64,000 nucleotides of DNA from Isurus oxyrinchus (taxonomy: Eukaryota): NCBI GenBank assembly GCA_026770705.1, contig JANJGN010000034.1:15128001-15192000 (forward strand), given 5' to 3'. Positions 59,601 through 64,000 of the stretch are shown in pieces (the stretch's first letter is position 1; the number at the start of each line of letters is the position of its first letter). The position numbers and the translations under genes are program-made. Under the pieces are notes generated by a model. It did not search any database. It worked only from the letters and a program-made list of their open reading frames with translations, and had not been told where the DNA came from.

Positions 59601-61555
59601 AAATATGGTGTATTATTTCTGACCTTATCGATAGGGGAGGTGGCAGCATAATGGTATTGTCTACTGGACTAGTATTGCAAACACCCACTGTAATGCCCTG
59701 GAGACCGGGGTTTGAATCCCACCATGGCAGATGGTGGGATCTGAATTCATTAAAAAAATCTGCAACTATATTACACTGCTCCTTCACCCCAAGAATACCT
59801 CTACAGATAGCCATGACACTATTGTGGTAAAAACCCATCTGGTTCACTAATGTCCCCTTTAGAGAAGGAAATCTGTCATCCCCATCCTTACCTGGTCTGA
59901 CCTACATGTGACTCCAGACTCCTAAATGCCCTCCGAACAAGGGCAATTAGGGATGGCCAACAAATGCTGACCGAGGAGGTGCCACCCACATCCAATGAAT
60001 AAAAAAAAATTGAAAAGTAGGGAAATTATGTTAAACTTGTCTTGAACCTCACACTGAGAGAATTGTGTACAGTTCTGGCCACCATATTATAACAAAGATA
60101 TAGAGACCCTGGAGAGAGTGCAGAGAAGATTTACTGTGTGGGTTTACATATCAGGAAAGGATTGACAGGCTGGGACTCTTCTCTCCTAAAAAGAGAAGGC
60201 TGGGGATGGGGGCAACCTGTTAGAGGTCTTTAAAACTCTGAATGGTTTTATGAGAGTGGATACAGAGAAAACATTTTCTCTTGTGGGGTGAAGCAGAACT
60301 AAAGGCCGTCAATATAAGATAGTTACCGAGAAATCCAATAGGGGAATTCAGGAGAAACTTCTCTACCCAGCAGGGATTGAGAATGCTGACGAGTGATGCT
60401 TACACTCCAAGACAAGGAAAGATGAGGTGAATTATTTTCACGCAGTTGGATAAATACTAGAAGCGGAAAAATTTGAAGGGCTGTGGGGTAAAGAGCAGGA
60501 AGAAATTGGGACCAATTGAATAGGTTTTTTAAGGAGATTGCACATGCAGGATGGGCCAAATGGTTTCCTCCTGTGCTGCATCACAATAAGATTCTTCGAA
60601 TTTTGATTGCACAAGAGATCAGAGGCAAATAGGGAAACTCTGTCAGTTTGACAACTTGTTGCACTGACCAGTTTGTTTTCAGTTTACCTTTCAGCTAGCT
60701 GCTTCCTTCTTGTGGTTATTCTGTTGCTGAGCCTGGGCAGGAAGTGCGAGGGTTGAACTCCGTGTCTATTCTAAGTGCTTCAACATTGCGGTCATGACAA
60801 CTTCTCACTAATATGAGTAAACCTGAGCTCCTCCAATTCTGAGATCTTGTCCACCCCTGAGTTTTATGGAGGAAATTCCAGAGCTTAGGACCCCAAGCAC
60901 CTGAATGCATGGCTGCCAGCGGTGGAACGATGGGAATTGGAGGATGCTCAAGGGACCAGAATTGGAGCACGGCAGATATCTTGGAGGGGTGTAGAGGCTG
61001 GAGGAGGTTACAGAGATAGGGATGGTTGTCGGGACTGGAGGAGGTTACAGAGATTGGGAGGATTGTAGGGACTGCAGGAAGTTACAGAGATAGGGAGTGT
61101 TGTAGGGGCTGGAGGAGGTTACAGAGATAGGAAGGGTTGTAGGACCTGGAGGAGGCTACAGAGATAGGGAGGATTGTGCGGCTGGAGGAGGTTACAGAGA
61201 ATGGGAGGATTGCGGGGCTGGAGGAGGTTGCAGAGATAGGGAGGGTTGTAGGGACTAGAGATGGTTACAGAGATAGGGAAGGTTTGCAAGATTTTGGAGA
61301 GATTTCAGCAGGAGAACCTGAATTTTAATTTTCTGGTGCTGTCAGACAGGGAGTCAGTGTATATCAGTGAGCACAGGGGTGATGGGTGATTGGGACTTGG
61401 TGTGAGTTTGTACACTGGCTCACTGCTGAATCGGTTCCCAATCAGAGCTCAATAGGAATGATCTTTTACAAAGACTATTAACCATAAATCTGTCTTGAGT
61501 TGACGATGATATTACCTTGGAGAACTGATAGGAGGAAGTAAGATTTCCCGATCAT
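47877..61555 (-). CDS. Siglec-like receptor gene B (whole model): leader 61516..61555, V 58038..58406, C2 55033..55329, [Ig3 51024..51305, donor mutated], TM 50259..50355, cyto1 49067..49151, cyto2 47877..47993; 334 aa if Ig3 is skipped
   Basis: Exon-by-exon paralogy with gene A; all exons open and phase-compatible; only the Ig3 donor is non-canonical. Confidence 0.8.
48075..48900. repeat. 24-bp minisatellite in the last intron of gene B
   Basis: Same unit as 1757-2572. Confidence 0.95.
49067..49151 (-). CDS. Gene B cytoplasmic exon 1 ([29 protein letters not shown])
   Basis: 85 nt, cag acceptor and gtaagt donor, open in the phase 2->0 frame. Confidence 0.75.
50259..50355 (-). CDS. Gene B transmembrane exon ([33 protein letters not shown])
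   Basis: 97 nt, AG/GT intact, paralog of 6588-6684; manual translation. Confidence 0.85.
50525..50870. repeat. (GT)n microsatellite region
   Basis: Long perfect and degenerate GT runs. Confidence 0.92.
51024..51305 (-). pseudogene. Gene B third Ig (C2/I-set) exon with inactivated splice donor
   Basis: ORF 50992..51429: [22 protein letters not shown]...[14 protein letters not shown]; good acceptor (ttatttgtttttag), but the expected phase-1 donor reads ctgagt rather than gtgagt (position 51023). Confidence 0.8.
51435..51704. repeat. 33-bp minisatellite (continues at 54701-54835 beyond the LINE insertion)
   Basis: Tandem units on both sides of the insertion. Confidence 0.88.
51705..54700 (+). 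mobile_element. ~3-kb non-LTR retrotransposon (Ingi/Vingi-like; clade from recalled motifs), 5' two-thirds inverted
   Basis: Minus arm 51705-53590: [50 protein letters not shown]. Plus arm 53620-54700: [33 protein letters not shown] tail. AGAGGGTCAGT on both flanks. Confidence 0.85.
55033..55329 (-). CDS. Gene B C2-set exon
   Basis: Within ORF 54944..55336; 297 nt; 9 of 99 residues differ from gene A C2 (manual count). Confidence 0.92.
56540..58025. mobile_element. LTR-like insertion in gene B intron 2, with a nested inverted Penelope-like terminal fragment (~56596-56770)
   Basis: Absent from the A and C introns (empty site tgagtaatta|taacacagcacttac); nested piece resembles the PLE 3' termini in both orientations. 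Confidence 0.55.
58038..58406 (-). CDS. Gene B Siglec-type V-set exon
   Basis: Within ORF 57955..58425; 369 nt, AG/GT intact; CVQIPC, DCSL, YYFR. Confidence 0.92.
58780..59158 (+). mobile_element. CR1 fragment
   Basis: RT C-terminal motifs; continues after the MITE as gagtactgcgtacag. Confidence 0.65.
59159..59534. mobile_element. PIF/Harbinger MITE
   Basis: GGCCAGAATTT...AAATTCTGCCC inverted termini, TTA duplication (59156-59158, 59535-59537). Confidence 0.85.
60985..61285. repeat. ~34-bp tandem repeat
   Basis: Paralog of 14030-14290. Confidence 0.88.
61516..61555 (-). CDS. Gene B leader exon ([13 protein letters not shown])
   Basis: 40 nt, same ATG context and donor as gene A. Confidence 0.8.
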
Positions 61556-62044
61556 TGTCCACTCCCAGATATTTCATCAGCTTCTCACTGTCAACCTCTG
61601 AAAGAGAAAGGAGTTAATGAGACCTCACTTCTTGTCCCACAGCTCTCAAGAGATCAGAACTGCTTTTAGACCATGTCTTCACAGACTAATTTGATTCTCT
61701 GTGGGATGATAGGTGCTCTGCTGAGAGTTACAAGACTTTAAGAAAGAAAAGCAATGAACACCTTGCATTTCTATACCTCCTTTCACCAGCTCAGCACTTT
61801 GCATCCAATGGAGAACTTGTTGAGGTCTTGCCACTGTTGAAATGCAGGAAAAAAACAGCCAGTTTATGCACAGCAAAATCCTATAAACTGCAATGTGATA
61901 ATCACTAGGTCATCTGTTTGTCCTGATGTTGTTTGGCAGATAACATTGAGCCTAAACCAGGTAAAACTGCCATCATCTTCCTGAATTGTTGCTAGTGGGA
62001 ACATCCAGCAGAAAGGTCAGACATCTCATCCACATGACAGCATC

Positions 62045-62690
62045 TCAACAGTGCAGCACCCCCTCAGTACTGACCCTCCGACAGTACAGTGCTCCCTCAT
62101 TACTGATCCTCCAATAGTGCGGTATTCCCTCGGTACTGACTCTCCAAAAGTGCGGCATTCCCTCAGTACTGACCCTCCGACAGCGCAGCGCTCCCTCATT
62201 ACTGATCCTCCACTAGTGCAACATTCCCTCAGTACTGACTCTCCGACAATGCATTGCTCCCTCAATACTGATCCTCCAACACTGCATCACTCCATTAGTA
62301 CTTGACTCTCCGACCATGCAGCGCATCCTCCATACTGATCCTCTAGCAGTGCAGCTCTCCCTTAATACTGATACTCTAAATGCAACACTCCCTCAGTACT
62401 GACACTTTAACAGTGGAGAGATTCCTTGGTACTGACCTTCCGACAGCACAGCGCTCCCTCAGTACTGACCCTCTGACAGTGCAGCACTCCTCAGTACTGA
62501 TCGTCTGGCAGTACAGCACTCCTCGGTACTGACCCTCCGACTGTGCAGCACTCCTTCAGTACTGACCCTCCGACTGTGCAGCACTCCCTCAGTACTGACC
62601 CTCCGACTGTGCAGCACTCCCTCAGTACTGACCCTCTGACAGTGCCGCACTCCCTCAGTACTGACCCTCCGACTGTGCAGCACTACCTGA
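62045..62690. repeat. 33-bp minisatellite
   Basis: About 19 units upstream of leader B. Confidence 0.92.
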
Positions 62691-62714
62691 GTTCTCACTC
62701 TCCAACTTCGTGGC

Positions 62715-62800
62715 TACCTGAACTGAATGACTCTTCTTGTGCTGCTCCTCCTGTGTAGGTAATTAGAAAAGGTTGATGTGTCACTGTGAGTCAAAATGAG
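62715..62800 (-). other. Partial paralog of cytoplasmic exon 1 and its acceptor upstream of the gene B leader
   Basis: ctgaatgactcttcttgtgctgctcctcctgtgt...aattagaaaaggttgatgtgtcactgtgagtcaaaatgag matches 15625-15705; the donor half is replaced by minisatellite. Confidence 0.6.
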
Positions 62801-62862
62801 GAAATGTGCAGCCGGTGAGTAATTTCACTTTGTCGTGCATCATGAGGAATTGTTAAGACTTT

Positions 62863-64000
62863 GGGTGGGATTTTCCGGCCTCAGCAGCAGCGGGCCCAAT
62901 AGCAAGCAGGACAGGAAAATGTGGAGAACAGCCAAAAGCCAATTTCCTGTTGATGTTAAAAACATGTTCAATTTTCCACTCCCAATGTTCATGGAGGGTT
63001 GGGTAGCCCGCCCCGCCATGCTGGGAACGGCATTTGAATACCTTGAACACTCAGTAAAAGGGCGGCTCGCCAGAATCACGCCCACTCTCCAGATCGAATG
63101 GCCATGCCAGCCACAAATTAGACCGGCGTGATTTACGATATGCATGACGTACATCAGGCCAACACCACTTGATGCCTACTTCTTGTCGTGCTGCGTGCGC
63201 AGCCGCCCGAGTTCCGTGCCAAGGCTGCACCCAGCGGGAACTCAAGACGGAGACCGAGCCAAGGGTTACCATGCAAGACCAGTAGGAAGGGGGCGGGTGG
63301 GGTGACATGGGTGGAAGGGGCTGGAGGGCAAAGGCTTGACTTTGGCGGGGGGAGCAGTGTGGTGAGACAAGGCAGAGGCAAGGGAAGGGGCTGGAGGGCA
63401 AAGGCTTGTCCGGATTGGGGAACTGGAGCCGAGAGCACAGAGACATATATCGGGGTGGTGGTTTTGGGGTGGAATTAGTTGGGGCTAGAAAACAATCAGT
63501 CCTGGGCAGTTGCTCAGCAAGGAGTTGGGCCACAAAATATTGCGAAACCTGTGGATCTGCGCCACAATTTAGAGAGCTGTGCCTATTCTAGTCCCAGTCC
63601 AGTGTGGCGGGGAGGGCCTGGCAGTCCTGAGTTGGTCATGCCCAGCATGGTGTGCAGGACGTGGTCAGTCCCTCACACACATCGGTCCTGCGGATTGGTG
63701 TCTTGATACTAGGCCGCAGGTGGCACAATCACAGTCAGGGGAGGCATCTGCAGCCTGTAAATGGGGAGCAGGTAATATAGAGGGTAGGAGTGGGGGTGGA
63801 AATCCAGGGGGGCCGGTAGTCTCTGTAAGTCACAGTACAATTGGCCTCTAGTTGGAGAGAGGTCAGGTCTACATGGGGCATTGGAATGTCAACATCAGAC
63901 AGTCTAGGGAGGAGGACTGGGATGTCAACCCCGAACACAATAAGATCAAGGATTAGAGAGGAAGGGAGGAGACTGATTGGAAGGAGGGGAATGCGCACAT
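62863..64000. mobile_element. Possible Harbinger-family element running off the window
   Basis: Starts GGGTGGGATTTTCC, similar to the terminus at 37135; GC-rich; other end not visible. Confidence 0.35.

Noticed and set aside
1540-61555. Assigning a gene symbol (CD22, MAG, SIGLEC15, CD33)
   Set aside because: Domain count and tail motifs match none of them specifically; orthology needs a phylogeny.

Overview
Repeat-rich vertebrate genomic DNA, most likely from a shark or ray (inferred from the CR1, Deu-domain SINE, Penelope-like and Harbinger repeat content). The window holds a tandem cluster of three minus-strand Siglec-like (CD33/CD22/MAG-type) Ig-superfamily gene units, reconstructed by hand from splice sites and exon phases. 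Gene A (14521->1540) is an intact 6-exon, 332-aa receptor: leader-V-C2-TM-cyto1-cyto2. Gene B (61555->47877) has the same exons plus a third Ig exon whose splice donor is dead (CT instead of GT). Unit C (44643->35704) keeps only leader + V. A and B differ in signalling features: A has a neutral TM and a tail with YLEM and YVNV; B has Arg/Asn inside the TM and an ITIM-consensus SVYGNV. Both tails end in an unusual acidic YxxC-x7-YxNV tandem motif. A paralog of the 85-nt cytoplasmic exon also sits about 0.6-1.2 kb upstream of every leader exon. The rest is mobile DNA: two head-to-head Penelope-like insertions with minimal hammerhead ribozyme motifs, a decayed but complete Harbinger transposon and MITEs, a twin-primed Ingi/Vingi-like LINE, CR1/L2 LINEs, SINEs, solo LTRs and retroelement-derived minisatellites. 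All gene models are manual and lack transcript support; repeat boundaries are approximate.
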